Shown here: piece after piece, positions 10,710 to 20,249 of the stretch | Layout: every line of letters begins with the position of its first letter | Position numbering within the stretch: the first letter of the stretch is position 1 | NCBI GenBank assembly: GCA_963707505.1 | Contig: CAVPQB010000003.1 | Span: 128,001-192,000 of the forward strand | Direction of reading: 5' to 3' | DNA length: 64,000 nt | DNA from: an uncultured Gemmatimonadales bacterium | GTDB taxonomy: Bacteria > Gemmatimonadota > Gemmatimonadetes > Gemmatimonadales > Gemmatimonadaceae | Position numbers and translations under genes: made by a program | The notes under the pieces: generated by a model | Told to the model about the DNA's origin: nothing | The model's database searches: none | Seen by the model: only the letters and a program-made list of their open reading frames with translations

Positions 10710-12422
10710 CTACTTGCAGAACTTCTTGACCTGCGCATCTGCGGCAGGCAGGAATTGGCTGATCACAGGGAGGAACTGGCCCGCGGCCGCCTTGTACTTG
10801 TCGTCCGTTGCGCCAGCCTGCAGGCCGGTCTGGGCGACGGCCAGATTCTCACGTGCGGTCTGAGCCAACGGGCAGCTCTTGGATGTGTTGGCTTCGTTGT
10901 AGGCGCTCTGCGCCACTGAGAAGGCAGACACGCCGGCGAGGAACTTGGCGTCCACCGACGGCTGGATGGCGTCGGAGAGCTGCAGCATCTTGATCGCCGC
11001 CTGGAACTGAGCGCGGTCCTTGGATGCATTGGCTGCCTTGTACATGTTGTTGCCCTGACCCAGCGCGTACTGTGCGATGGTGCTCTTGTCGGCGCCAGGC
11101 GCGGCCGCGGCACGTTGCAGAATCGCCGCAACGCTATCCTCCTGATTGGCCTGCGAGTAGCTGTCGGCGAGCAACAGGAGAGCCTGCGGGTTGTTCGGAT
11201 TCGCAGCGATCGCACGCTTGAGCACGGCTACTGCCTCGGGAGCACGGTTCGCCTTGCGCAACGCGGACGCAAGCGAGAGCAGCAGATCGCCACTGTTCGG
11301 ATACTTCTGCACGCCGGCCTGCAGCACGTTGATGGCCTGCGCGGAGTCGGCTGCCTGGTTCATGCTCAGATATGCTGCGGCCATGCGCGTGAAGTACGAG
11401 CTATCGGCAGCGGCGGTATCCGCGCGAATCAGCTCAGGCCCCGTCGTGACTGCCTGCTGCCAGTCCTGAGCGGCAAGATAGACGAGGAATGCAGTGCGGA
11501 GCAGCTGCGGATCGCCCGGTGAGCGGTCGAGCAACTCCTTGACGAGCGGCTCCGCTTCCTTGGCGTGACCGGATCCGGCGAGCTCGTTGACGACCTGACT
11601 GATGAGCTTGTCGTTGGTTGGATCGGCGCGGATGAGCGCGAGGAGTGTGGCGCGCGACTGTGCGCTGTCACCAATCACCTTGTACAGCTCGGTGTTGAAC
11701 TTGAGAGCCGCGACGCTCTTGGGATCCTGCTGTGCGATCACGCGTGTTATGGCGAGCACCGAGTCAGCGAGCGCAACCGAGTCGGCGTGCGTCGTTGCCT
11801 TCTGGTATCGCGTGTACTGCACGTTGGCGGCGCAGAGACGAGCGAGCGTCGCCTGCGGATATGCGGCGATGCCCTTGTTGGCAGCCGCAAGAGCGCCGGC
11901 GACGTCGCCAGCACGAGCCTTGCTGATGCATTCCTTCTCGCCGTCGATTTGCTTTATCGCGTCGCGGACGGATTTCGCAATCGCGTCCATCGCGTCGCCG
12001 ACCTTGCTGTTGGTGGCCGAAGGAAGCGCCTGCGAGAGCGTGTTATCGCGCGCCAGCACCATGCGCGCATTTACAGTATAAGCGCCGCTCGCTGCCTTCT
12101 CGACGGACCCCGTTATGTACTCATCGGCACGCAATAGATTCGCGAGTGCCTTCTCGTCGTTGGGCGCGAGTGGCTCGCTGGCTGAGAAGCCAGACTGCTC
12201 CAGCGTATTGTTGACATCCTTGGTCGGAAGGACGTAGACGTCCTTTGGATTGAACTTGTCCTTGAGCTGGTTACGAAGCTCATCGGCGGCCTTCGCGCCC
12301 GTGCCCTTTTCCTGACTCTGGAAGGTCATCACGGTAATGCGCGCTTTGGCATCCTGCGAATGAGCCGGCGTAACACCGGCTAATGCGAGGGCCGCGAGCG
12401 CCAAAGAATAACGTGCGTTCAA
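10710..12422 (-). CDS. Secreted TPR-repeat protein
   Basis: Signal peptide (..TPAHS/Q), a CsgG/TolB-N-like N-terminal region and multiple TPR-like helices. GGAGG lies 8 nt before TTG 12422. Confidence 0.8.
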   Translation of the reverse strand: MNARYSLALAALALAGVTPAHSQDAKARITVMTFQSQEKGTGAKAADELRNQLKDKFNPKDVYVLPTKDVNNTLEQSGFSASEPLAPNDEKALANLLRADEYITGSVEKAASGAYTVNARMVLARDNTLSQALPSATNSKVGDAMDAIAKSVRDAIKQIDGEKECISKARAGDVAGALAAANKGIAAYPQATLARLCAANVQYTRYQKATTHADSVALADSVLAITRVIAQQDPKSVAALKFNTELYKVIGDSAQSRATLLALIRADPTNDKLISQVVNELAGSGHAKEAEPLVKELLDRSPGDPQLLRTAFLVYLAAQDWQQAVTTGPELIRADTAAADSSYFTRMAAAYLSMNQAADSAQAINVLQAGVQKYPNSGDLLLSLASALRKANRAPEAVAVLKRAIAANPNNPQALLLLADSYSQANQEDSVAAILQRAAAAPGADKSTIAQYALGQGNNMYKAANASKDRAQFQAAIKMLQLSDAIQPSVDAKFLAGVSAFSVAQSAYNEANTSKSCPLAQTARENLAVAQTGLQAGATDDKYKAAAGQFLPVISQFLPAADAQVKKFCK

Positions 12423-12500
12423 CTGAGACTCCTCCAAATTGTAAACGTTTGTACACCACTACAAGGGGCCAGGTTCGCCAGCGGTCCGGCCATATCATGA

Positions 12501-12574
12501 TGGGCGAGGAGGGATTCGAACCCCCGACATCCTGCGTGTAAGGCAGGCGCTCTAACCAGCTGAGCTACTCGCCC
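12501..12574 (-). tRNA. tRNA-Val(TAC)
   Basis: GGGCGAGTAGCTCAGCTGGTTAGAGCGCCTGCCT-TAC-ACGCAGGATGTCGGGGGTTCGAATCCCTCCTCGCCCA; CCA not encoded. Confidence 0.97.
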
Positions 12575-12618
12575 AAGTGCAGAAAATGCGCCGAAGCGTT
12601 TCTGCGCCCAAGCACGTT

Positions 12619-12822
12619 CTAGCGTTTGAGGATTGCAACTGGTATCAGGACACAGTAGGCGAGCACCAGAAGCACGGGGGCAAGAGTCTCACCGCCGCGC
12701 CAGAGATCGGCGTAGCCCACGATGAGAGTTATGGCCGCGAGCCCCCACCACATGAATCTGCGACTGGCAGGAATAGCCGCAGGAACGGTCGCGTTTGCCA
12801 TATTCATGGTTTCTTTCGGCAT
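12619..12822 (-). CDS. Small two-TM membrane protein
   Basis: 67 aa with two hydrophobic segments, directly behind a consensus-like promoter. Confidence 0.65.
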   Translation of the reverse strand: MPKETMNMANATVPAAIPASRRFMWWGLAAITLIVGYADLWRGGETLAPVLLVLAYCVLIPVAILKR

Positions 12823-12830
12823 AGACGCGA

Positions 12831-12860
12831 AGTGTACGGGCCGCGGACGCCGGGTGTCAA
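12831..12860 (-). promoter_or_regulatory. Sigma70-type promoter for the small protein / tRNA-Val
   Basis: TTGACA-N18-TACACT on the minus strand, ending 8 nt before ATG 12822. Confidence 0.7.
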
Positions 12861-12915
12861 GCGAGTGGCCCTACCTTAATCTGTTGTTAATTGAACGGTC
12901 TCCAGGATGACCGTT

Positions 12916-13788
12916 TCATTCCCCTCGTGAAAGCCACGCGCGCCTCGGTGTCTCGCCGCGATCGGCAGTCGCCGCCATCTCGGCGCATTTGACGCTCCAG
13001 GGATTGAATTTGTTCACACCTGCGCCGCGTTTCCACACTGCCACCGCGCGCGAACGCTCGCCAGCGAGCCACAGTGCGTGCCCCAGCTCGAAGTACGCCT
13101 CCACGAGATTCGGCCCGAGCGTGATGGATCGCTCGAAGAAGATCTGCGCGTCCTCATACATCTCGCGCTCGGTGTAGACAAGTCCCAGGTAGAAGTTCGC
13201 GTACAACTTCGCACGAGCGTCCTCGTCCTGACGCAGCGCCTTTGACAAATGCTCGATCGCCTCGCCGAAGATTCCCTTTTTCAGGCAGATGTAACCGACG
13301 TTGATACGCGCAAGTGCGTTGGCTGGCTCGCGGCCGAGCACGTATTGAAAGTTCATCAACGCGGCATCGAGCTTGTCCTGAAGCATCTGCGCCCAACCCA
13401 GTAGTGACTGCCCTTCGGTGTTGGTCGGTGCAAGCTCCAGTGCACGCGACAGTGCTTCCTCGGCTCCTTCGTAATCGCCGAGCGAGATCTTGGACCAGCC
13501 GCGCTCGAGAAAAGTCGACGCTCCGATGTGATCCTCGTGCACCACCGGGCGCGTGCCGGCGAACTGCGGCGCCATGGCCGGCGACACGTTTCTCCGCGCC
13601 TTCCACTTCTCGACGAGATCGCGAATGTCGTCCTTCAGTCGCGTGAGCTGTCCGAGCGATCCGTCGACCGCGCGGTACACGTCCATCAGCGACGCCTTGA
13701 GAGCCGGATCGTCGCGCATCTGGCGCGACTCGATCTCGTGCTTCAACTGCTCGAAGGTGATCCGAAGATCGGCTACGCTGTCAGCCAT
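12916..13788 (-). CDS. Coiled-coil + TPR protein, last gene of the che cluster
   Basis: N-terminal heptad-like helices then about 5 TPR-like units; start overlaps the cheB end. Confidence 0.8.
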   Translation of the reverse strand: MADSVADLRITFEQLKHEIESRQMRDDPALKASLMDVYRAVDGSLGQLTRLKDDIRDLVEKWKARRNVSPAMAPQFAGTRPVVHEDHIGASTFLERGWSKISLGDYEGAEEALSRALELAPTNTEGQSLLGWAQMLQDKLDAALMNFQYVLGREPANALARINVGYICLKKGIFGEAIEHLSKALRQDEDARAKLYANFYLGLVYTEREMYEDAQIFFERSITLGPNLVEAYFELGHALWLAGERSRAVAVWKRGAGVNKFNPWSVKCAEMAATADRGETPRRAWLSRGE

Positions 13789-14914
13789 TCCAGTCGCTCC
13801 TCAGGGACCATTCCGATTATCGCATTCGCCATCATGGATAGCGAAACCACGTGATCCGCACCGGCTTCCAGAAACGCCGCACGCGGCATTCCATATATAG
13901 CGGACGACGCCTCGTCCTGGACGATCGCACGCCCGCCACTCGATCTGATCTTTCGCAGACCGGCCGCTCCGTCGCGTCCCATCCCGGTGAGCACGACGCC
14001 GGTGCAGGCTGCGCCGAACACATCTGCAGCGGAGCTGAAGAGCACGTCGGCACACGGCGTCGCGCCTGAGCGGGGCTCGGCCGAGTGTTGCCGCAGAACC
14101 GCGGCACCGGCATCGCCGGCGCCGGCGCCGCTGCTGGCGATGCTCGTGTTGACTCCGCCACGCGCTATATACACCACGCCGGCGAAAAGCGGCATTCCAT
14201 CCTCCGCTTCACGAACGCTGACGGTACTCGCACGCCCAAGGCGCTCGGCAAGCGCCGCCGTGAATTCAGCCGGGAGATGTTGCGCGATCACCACCGCTGC
14301 GGAGAGCGCAGCCGGAAGCTGTGGCACTATCTCCGCAAGCGCCCGCGGGCCCCCGGTGGACGACGCGACGACTACTATGTGCGTCGCCGCGGCGCGCTTT
14401 TGTGCTGGCACCGGCGGCACAGCGGCAGCTTCGCGCTGGACTACGACGGGCGGTGGTGCGAGCGTTGCCCGCGCTGCTGCACCAAGCGCAGCGATCAGGC
14501 GCTCGCGTACGATCGGGAGATCTAGGCTGACCGGCCCGGACGGCTTCCGTACGAATTCAACTGCACCGAGCTCGAGCGCGCGCAGCGTAGCGTCGCCGTA
14601 TTGCGCGCCGCCCGCACTCAACACCACGACGGGGCGAGGCGACTCGGTCATGACGCGGCGGAGCACCGTCAACCCATCCAGCTTCGGCATCTCGAGGTCA
14701 AGGGTGACGATGTCCGGATCCAGCCGATCGATCTGTGTCATCGCATCGACACCGTCTCGCGCAATGCCGATCACTCTGAAATCCGGATGAGCGTCGATCA
14801 TCTCCGCGATCAGCTTGCGCATGAACGCGCTGTCGTCCACGACCAGCACGCCATGGACGTGCGACGTTCGTGCGACGTTGCGTGCGACGTTGCGTGCGAC
14901 GTTGACTCAGTCAT
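13773..14914 (-). CDS. cheB: CheB REC + methylesterase; N-terminus apparently frameshifted inside a tandem repeat (alternative GTG start 14849)
   Basis: VLVVDDSAFMR and TLDLEMP (REC). Catalytic ASSTGG, QHLP and GMGRDG motifs, plus YGMP. ATG 14914 overlaps the cheR stop. Confidence 0.93.
14858..14904. repeat. 12-bp tandem repeat CGTGCGACGTTG x3 plus one 11-bp copy
   Basis: Directly visible; encodes TSHA repeats at the cheB N-terminus. Confidence 0.9.
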
Positions 14915-15747
14915 AGCGGCTTGCGATAGATGCGCTCGCGTAGGTCCACTGGAACGAGATTCTTGCGCGCCCTTCCAAAAATCGTCTCGACGTGGCCCAT
15001 GATCAGGTAGCCGCCGGGCCGCAGGGAGTCGAACAGCGAATCGACAAGAGCTTCCTGGGTAGCGCGATCCAGATAGATGACGACGTTGCGACACGCAACG
15101 AGATCGAACGCCCCGTCATCCGGCCGGTCTCGCAGTATGTCACGTCGCTCGAACCGTGTGATCGCGCGAATCGCGGCGATCACGGTTCTTCTGTCACCCA
15201 CGCGCGGAAAGAGGTCGTCGAGTATTTCCGGCGCCGTATCCGTAAACGATGCCGGCAGATACGTCGCGCGATTCGCCGCATCGAGTGAACGGCGGTCTAT
15301 ATCGCTGCCCAGCACTGACACGCGGCCAAGGCGTCCAAGTGCACCGGTTGAGCGGGCATGCTCATGAAAGAGCGCCGCCAGCGAATACGCTTCCTCTCCC
15401 GACGCGCTGCCCGCGCTCCAGACCCTGACACGCGGAACACGATGCCACAGCTCCGGAACCACGCGCTGCGCCACAACGGCAAATGTGTTCGGATTACGGA
15501 AGAATCGCGTGACGTTCACGGTGAGCGTATCCATGAGCCGTTCGTATTCGCTGCTGTCGCTGTCGAGCAGATGGCCGTACTGGGCGTACGTCGCAGCACC
15601 ACGCGCGCGCATGCGCACGGCGATGCGGCGACGTACGCAGCCGTCCTTGTAATTGGTGCAGCGAAAGTCACTCTCGCGCGCGATCTTCTCCGCGAGATCG
15701 CGAAAGCCGTCGTCGACGCCCGGATCGTTCTGCATTTCGATCATCAC
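14911..15747 (-). CDS. cheR: CheR methyltransferase
   Basis: NVTRFFRN, WSAGSASGEEAYS, DID, CRNVVIY and GGYLIMGHVE motifs. Confidence 0.93.
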   Translation of the reverse strand: MMIEMQNDPGVDDGFRDLAEKIARESDFRCTNYKDGCVRRRIAVRMRARGAATYAQYGHLLDSDSSEYERLMDTLTVNVTRFFRNPNTFAVVAQRVVPELWHRVPRVRVWSAGSASGEEAYSLAALFHEHARSTGALGRLGRVSVLGSDIDRRSLDAANRATYLPASFTDTAPEILDDLFPRVGDRRTVIAAIRAITRFERRDILRDRPDDGAFDLVACRNVVIYLDRATQEALVDSLFDSLRPGGYLIMGHVETIFGRARKNLVPVDLRERIYRKPL

Positions 15748-17060
15748 TGCGCGTCCAGCGTATGCGCACGACGGTACGCTTCCCTGGCCTCGTCGAAGCG
15801 GCCGTCGCGCTGCAACGAGTCGGCGAAGTTCCGATGCAGCTGAGGGAGCGTGGAATCCTCGATCAGTCCGCGCTCCAGAGTCCGCAGCGCGTCGTCAAAG
15901 TCACTGCGCGCCTCGTAGGCCACGGCGAGGTTGTTCCACAGAACGGCATACGATGGATACACCTGCACTGCCTCGCTCAGCAGTGCTATCGCGCGATCGA
16001 GATCGTTCACCATCGCCGCGGCGAGTCCCGCATAGTGGAACCAGACCGGGGGTGGCCTGCGCGTGCCCCACAGCGTTCGCGCTGCGGCGAGCGCTGCGTC
16101 GGCGGTCTCGTAATCTCTTGCCCCCACGGCCATGGCGGCTGCGTTGGTCTGTACCAACGGGTCGCCACGGCCGCCGTGGGACAGTGCGTCTGCCATCGCG
16201 GCGCGGGCGCGATCCATCTCGCCCATCTGCTCGTACGCGTACGCGAGATTCACAAACACCGCTGGACGCGACGCCTGCTGTTGCGTCACATAGCGCTCGA
16301 ATGCGTGTGCGGCCGCGGGCCACTGCTCCTGCCTCAACGCGACGAGACCGAGGTAGAACGAAGCTTCCGGATCGTTCTCGCGCAACGCGTCGACGCGCCG
16401 GAACTCGCGCTGCGACTCCTCGTACATCCCCGTCTTGTAGAAGGCGACGCCGAGGTTGCGGTGCTCGGTCGCCTTGTCGTCGGTACGCGCCGGCGCGCGC
16501 GCACGCGTGCTTACACCTACGCGCATCATGTAGCCCGTCATCAGCAGACCGTACAGGGTCTTTGCGGTGATGAATTCGCCGAGCTTCGACTCTGCGATCA
16601 GCGCACTGACATCCCGCTGTCCGTCGACGAGCGGCACGAGCTTCTCCTCTTCCGCCGTGAGCTCGCGCTCGATCGCCATCATGCGATGACGATCCATGGC
16701 GTACACGATGTCGAACGTCGGAATCTTCTTCGCTATCAGCGCCCACTCATCGACGCGACGCGCACCTTCGAGGAGCAGCGATTGCGGATCTATCGAGTGC
16801 ATGGGCACGCCCTCGTCCGGAGTCGCGCCCGGCTCGAAGTTGAACGTCCCCTGCGTCCACGTGAAGAGCAGATAGACCGCTTCTTCGGTGCTGAGATTGC
16901 GGTTGACGATCGACGCGTGAGAGATGGCGCCGTCGGCGAAGTAGATGTATCCGAAGTTGTTGGCGTAGGTCAGACCGAGACAGCCGGTCTTCTTCCCCAT
17001 CGCGAGGAGCTGAAGCACATCTGGCAGACTTGCCTCGGTAAGGCTTCCGCGGATCGCCAT
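15744..17060 (-). CDS. DUF4388-domain + TPR protein
   Basis: MAIRGSLTEASLPDVLQLLAMGKKTG...EEAVYLLFTWTQGTFNF...LLLEGARRVDE fits the DUF4388 pattern, followed by TPRs (HRNLGVAFYKTG). Confidence 0.85.
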   Translation of the reverse strand: MAIRGSLTEASLPDVLQLLAMGKKTGCLGLTYANNFGYIYFADGAISHASIVNRNLSTEEAVYLLFTWTQGTFNFEPGATPDEGVPMHSIDPQSLLLEGARRVDEWALIAKKIPTFDIVYAMDRHRMMAIERELTAEEEKLVPLVDGQRDVSALIAESKLGEFITAKTLYGLLMTGYMMRVGVSTRARAPARTDDKATEHRNLGVAFYKTGMYEESQREFRRVDALRENDPEASFYLGLVALRQEQWPAAAHAFERYVTQQQASRPAVFVNLAYAYEQMGEMDRARAAMADALSHGGRGDPLVQTNAAAMAVGARDYETADAALAAARTLWGTRRPPPVWFHYAGLAAAMVNDLDRAIALLSEAVQVYPSYAVLWNNLAVAYEARSDFDDALRTLERGLIEDSTLPQLHRNFADSLQRDGRFDEAREAYRRAHTLDAQ

Positions 17061-17242
17061 CAGCGAAACTCTTCCATGATTCTGCCGGACAGCTCCGGCC
17101 ACACGCGCACGACCTTCTCATCGTCGTTGAACGCAGATGGCGTCTCCGCGCTCTGACGTGCGCGCAGCTCTTCGACGCGCTGCGCGACGACGGACTGGAG
17201 ATCCGTCAGAAAATCGTCGTACTCGGCGGTTTCGTCAGCCAT
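17060..17242 (-). CDS. Small acidic hypothetical protein (60 aa)
   Basis: Fills the gap between cheC and the DUF4388 gene; its stop overlaps the next ATG (TGATG). Confidence 0.65.
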   Translation of the reverse strand: MADETAEYDDFLTDLQSVVAQRVEELRARQSAETPSAFNDDEKVVRVWPELSGRIMEEFR

Positions 17243-17268
17243 GACTACGGAGATACACCTCGATCACC

Positions 17269-17895
17269 TCAAGCAACCCTGACTGCCGCGAGCATGGCGC
17301 CCAGGGAGCCCGCATCGGGCAACAAGAGAAAGTAACCAGGCAGTGAGCCCTCAGTCTGCCCGATCATGAATTCGGTCTCGACGCAGAACACGAAGCCGCC
17401 GGTATGGCCGGTCGCCCACGCGGTCTCAGCCAGCACTTCGCGTGCGGGGCCGACGCTGAGCGAGGGTGGAGAGGGCATCAGCCGCATCTTCATGAACTCG
17501 CTGAGCGCAGTCATGTACGCGCCAGCGAGGATGTTCCCCGCCTCGGTCAGCGCTGACGCCTCCAGCTCGCTCAGCGCAGCATCGGACGAAACCTCGCGCG
17601 TGAGCATCAGCGACGCGAGCTTGTGCGCGGTGACGAGCGGAAAGGCCAGAATGGTATGGCCATGCAGGCCACCGGTCATCTCCATCGGGACCAGGGCGAT
17701 CAGTTCGTTAGAGCGTGAGATGAGAGGAGCAAGCTCGGCAAGCGGAGCGACGGTAATCGTCGGCACGCTGATCATGATCTTCGTTCCAGTCATCAACGAG
17801 AGCGCCGTTGCCGCGTGGGCCGCGCCAATGTTCGCGACCTCGCGAAGCGCGTCACGCTGAAGCTCGCTGAGTGCCTGCATGTCGGTGATGCTCAT
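17269..17895 (-). CDS. cheC: CheC-family CheY-P phosphatase
   Basis: Two ExxN motifs: DALREVANIGAAHAATALS and SALTEAGNILAGAY. Confidence 0.9.
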   Translation of the reverse strand: MSITDMQALSELQRDALREVANIGAAHAATALSLMTGTKIMISVPTITVAPLAELAPLISRSNELIALVPMEMTGGLHGHTILAFPLVTAHKLASLMLTREVSSDAALSELEASALTEAGNILAGAYMTALSEFMKMRLMPSPPSLSVGPAREVLAETAWATGHTGGFVFCVETEFMIGQTEGSLPGYFLLLPDAGSLGAMLAAVRVA

Positions 17896-17905
17896 TACGG
17901 CTCCG

Positions 17906-19432
17906 CTAGATAAGACTATTTACGTCCACGATGAGCGCCGGAGACCCGTCACCCAGCACCGTTGCACCCGCGAACATGGATGATCCACCGCGCGGTGGAT
18001 CGAAGCGCTTTACCACTACGTCCTGCTGGCCAACGAAGTCATCGACAATCAACGCCGCCCTGCGGCCGCGCGCCAGAACCGACACGCCAGGCATCCGCTC
18101 CGAGACACACGGCTCGATCCCAAACAATGCGCGCAAGACGACCACGCGCACGATCAAATCCCCAATACTCGTTTCGGTCCATTCGGCGCCACGAAATGCC
18201 GCTGCAGGCGGTTCGAACTGAAGCGTTTCCACTATGTGTGTGAACGGAATGGCAAACAACTCCTCCCCGACGCGCGCGATCAATGCCCGTACGATCGCGA
18301 CGGAGAGCGGCAAGCGCAACGTTATCGCCGTGCCTCGATGCGCCACCGTTCTGATCTCGATTGTGCCGCCGAGCAGGCGAACGGCGGCATCAACAACGTC
18401 GAGGCCGACACCACGTCCGGAGATGTCAGTGACCGACGCCGCGGTGGAGAAGCCGGGATGCGCCAGCACGCGCAACAAAGTAACGTCGTCGAGCTCCTCC
18501 GTATCCCGGCCGACAATCCCCGCCGCTCTCGCACGCGCGAGCACGCTGTCCCGATCGATGCCACTTCCGTCGTCCGCTACACGAATCAGAACGTAACCCG
18601 CCTCGCGTTGGGCGCTCAGCGTCAACCGTCCGCGCGCAGACTTGCCGTTGCTCGCCCGCTCTTCCGCAGACTCGATCCCGTGATCCAGCGCGTTCCGAAG
18701 CAGATGCATCACGGGATCGCCAATGCGATCGAGAATCGAGCGATCCATTTCGATCTCGGCGCCATCCAGCGTAAAATCGACTTCCTTTCCCAGCGTTCGC
18801 GCAGTCTCGCGCACGAGTCGCGGAAAACGCTCGAAAACGTCTCCCACCGGAACCATGCGTGCACCCACGACCTGCTCGCGTAGCTCGCTCAACAGACGCG
18901 ACGTGCTTGCAAACGCCGCAGCGATATTCTCGCCACCGACGTTGCGCAGCTCCCGTTCCAGCTGACCACGAGCGATCTCGATCTCACCGACGAGATTCAT
19001 CAGCGAGTCGAGCCGGCTCGCGCGGATACGCACATGTGTTGCACGCTTGCGTGTCTGGCTCGCGGACGGATCGGTTGGTGTTGCATTTCCGTCCGCGACA
19101 GGTCCCGACGCCGGCCGCGTCACGGCAAGCTCTATTTCGCGTGCGAGTGCGTCGGCGTCGTCGATCAGGTCGCCAAGGGACGACGGGGTTATCTGCTCCT
19201 CACCGCGGCGCAGAAGGTCGAGCGCGGATTCAAGTGTGTCGGCCCGCCCAGTGACGACGGCGTAACCCATCGCCGCAGCCATCCCCTTGATGCTGTGTAC
19301 CGCGCGAAACGCGGCCGCGATCGCATCAGCTGACGCCGGCGTACTCTCCAATTCCGCAAGCGCACCGCTCAGCTCGGCGACATGCTCGCGACCTTCGCTC
19401 AGGAAGAGATCGACGTACTTCGACAGGTCCAC
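17906..19432 (-). CDS. cheA: CheA histidine kinase (Hpt-P3-P4-P5, no P2)
   Basis: FRAVHSIKG, LDSLMNLVGE, RMVP, HLLRNALDHGIE, DDGSG, GFST, SGRGVGLDVV and a CheW-like C-terminus. Likely GTG start at 19432. Confidence 0.93.
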   Translation of the reverse strand: MDLSKYVDLFLSEGREHVAELSGALAELESTPASADAIAAAFRAVHSIKGMAAAMGYAVVTGRADTLESALDLLRRGEEQITPSSLGDLIDDADALAREIELAVTRPASGPVADGNATPTDPSASQTRKRATHVRIRASRLDSLMNLVGEIEIARGQLERELRNVGGENIAAAFASTSRLLSELREQVVGARMVPVGDVFERFPRLVRETARTLGKEVDFTLDGAEIEMDRSILDRIGDPVMHLLRNALDHGIESAEERASNGKSARGRLTLSAQREAGYVLIRVADDGSGIDRDSVLARARAAGIVGRDTEELDDVTLLRVLAHPGFSTAASVTDISGRGVGLDVVDAAVRLLGGTIEIRTVAHRGTAITLRLPLSVAIVRALIARVGEELFAIPFTHIVETLQFEPPAAAFRGAEWTETSIGDLIVRVVVLRALFGIEPCVSERMPGVSVLARGRRAALIVDDFVGQQDVVVKRFDPPRGGSSMFAGATVLGDGSPALIVDVNSLI

Positions 19433-19455
19433 GGGATCGCGGCGCTGGCGGAGAG

Positions 19456-19818
19456 CTAGCCCAGCACTCGCTGCACGGCTTCGAGCACGCGGCTGGGCTG
19501 GAACGGTTTGACGACGAAGTCCTTCGCACCAGCCTGAATCGCATCGACGACGAGCGCCTGCTGTCCCATCGCGCTGCACATCACGACACGCGCTCGCGGA
19601 TCGAACGCCGTGATCTCGCGCACTGCATCGATGCCGCCCATGTCAGGCATGACGATGTCCATCGTAACGAGATCGGGGCGCAGCTCCTTGTACTTCGCGA
19701 CCGCCTTGGTTCCGGTATCAGCCTCGCCCACGATGGTGAAGCCAGCCTGCTGCAATATGTCCGAAAGCATCGTGCGCATGAACACCGCGTCATCGCACAC
19801 CAGAACCGTGTGGCTCAT
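19456..19818 (-). CDS. cheY: CheY-like single-domain response regulator
   Basis: VCDDAVFMR, TMDIVMP, CSAMGQ and FVVKPF motifs. Confidence 0.92.
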   Translation of the reverse strand: MSHTVLVCDDAVFMRTMLSDILQQAGFTIVGEADTGTKAVAKYKELRPDLVTMDIVMPDMGGIDAVREITAFDPRARVVMCSAMGQQALVVDAIQAGAKDFVVKPFQPSRVLEAVQRVLG

Positions 19819-20249
19819 TCATCCTCCGAAATAGCGACGACGCGCATCGCAACGTCTCGCACGTCAAGTTCAGTGTAGCCTTCCTCAGGCCGTAATGCAC
19901 GCACATCCGCGACCCGCTCCACAGCGAGTCCGACACCGCGTACTCCAACGTCGGCAATCAGCGCCATGCGCAGCGGTGCACCGGCGTCACCGGGATGCAG
20001 CACGGCACCTGCGTTCACTACGGTAACGATGCTGCCCCGGATGTTGATCAGACCGAGAACAGAATCAGGTGCTCCCGGAAGCCGGGTGACGCGACCGAGC
20101 GGTACGACCTCGCGCACAGCTGATACCTGACACGCGTACGCCCTGCCGGCAACGCGGAAGACGAGTGACCGATCATCGACGCCCGGGTCCAGGTCGCTCG
20201 CTGCGACAACCGAAGGCTGCGCGTCAGACGGGGAAATTGTAGAAGCCAA
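19815..20249 (-). CDS. cheW: CheW-like adaptor (short)
   Basis: VREVV..VTRLPGAP..VLGLINIRGSIVTVV and GLAVERV motifs. Confidence 0.85.
   Translation of the reverse strand: MASTISPSDAQPSVVAASDLDPGVDDRSLVFRVAGRAYACQVSAVREVVPLGRVTRLPGAPDSVLGLINIRGSIVTVVNAGAVLHPGDAGAPLRMALIADVGVRGVGLAVERVADVRALRPEEGYTELDVRDVAMRVVAISEDE

Noticed and set aside
14858..14904. Repeats as a CRISPR array
   Set aside because: Units are 11-12 bp and contiguous, with no spacers and no cas genes. The same applies to the repeats at 50748 and 54137.
15762..17156. 464-aa plus-strand ORF
   Set aside because: Antisense shadow of the DUF4388/TPR gene; no motifs; expected with high-GC codon bias.
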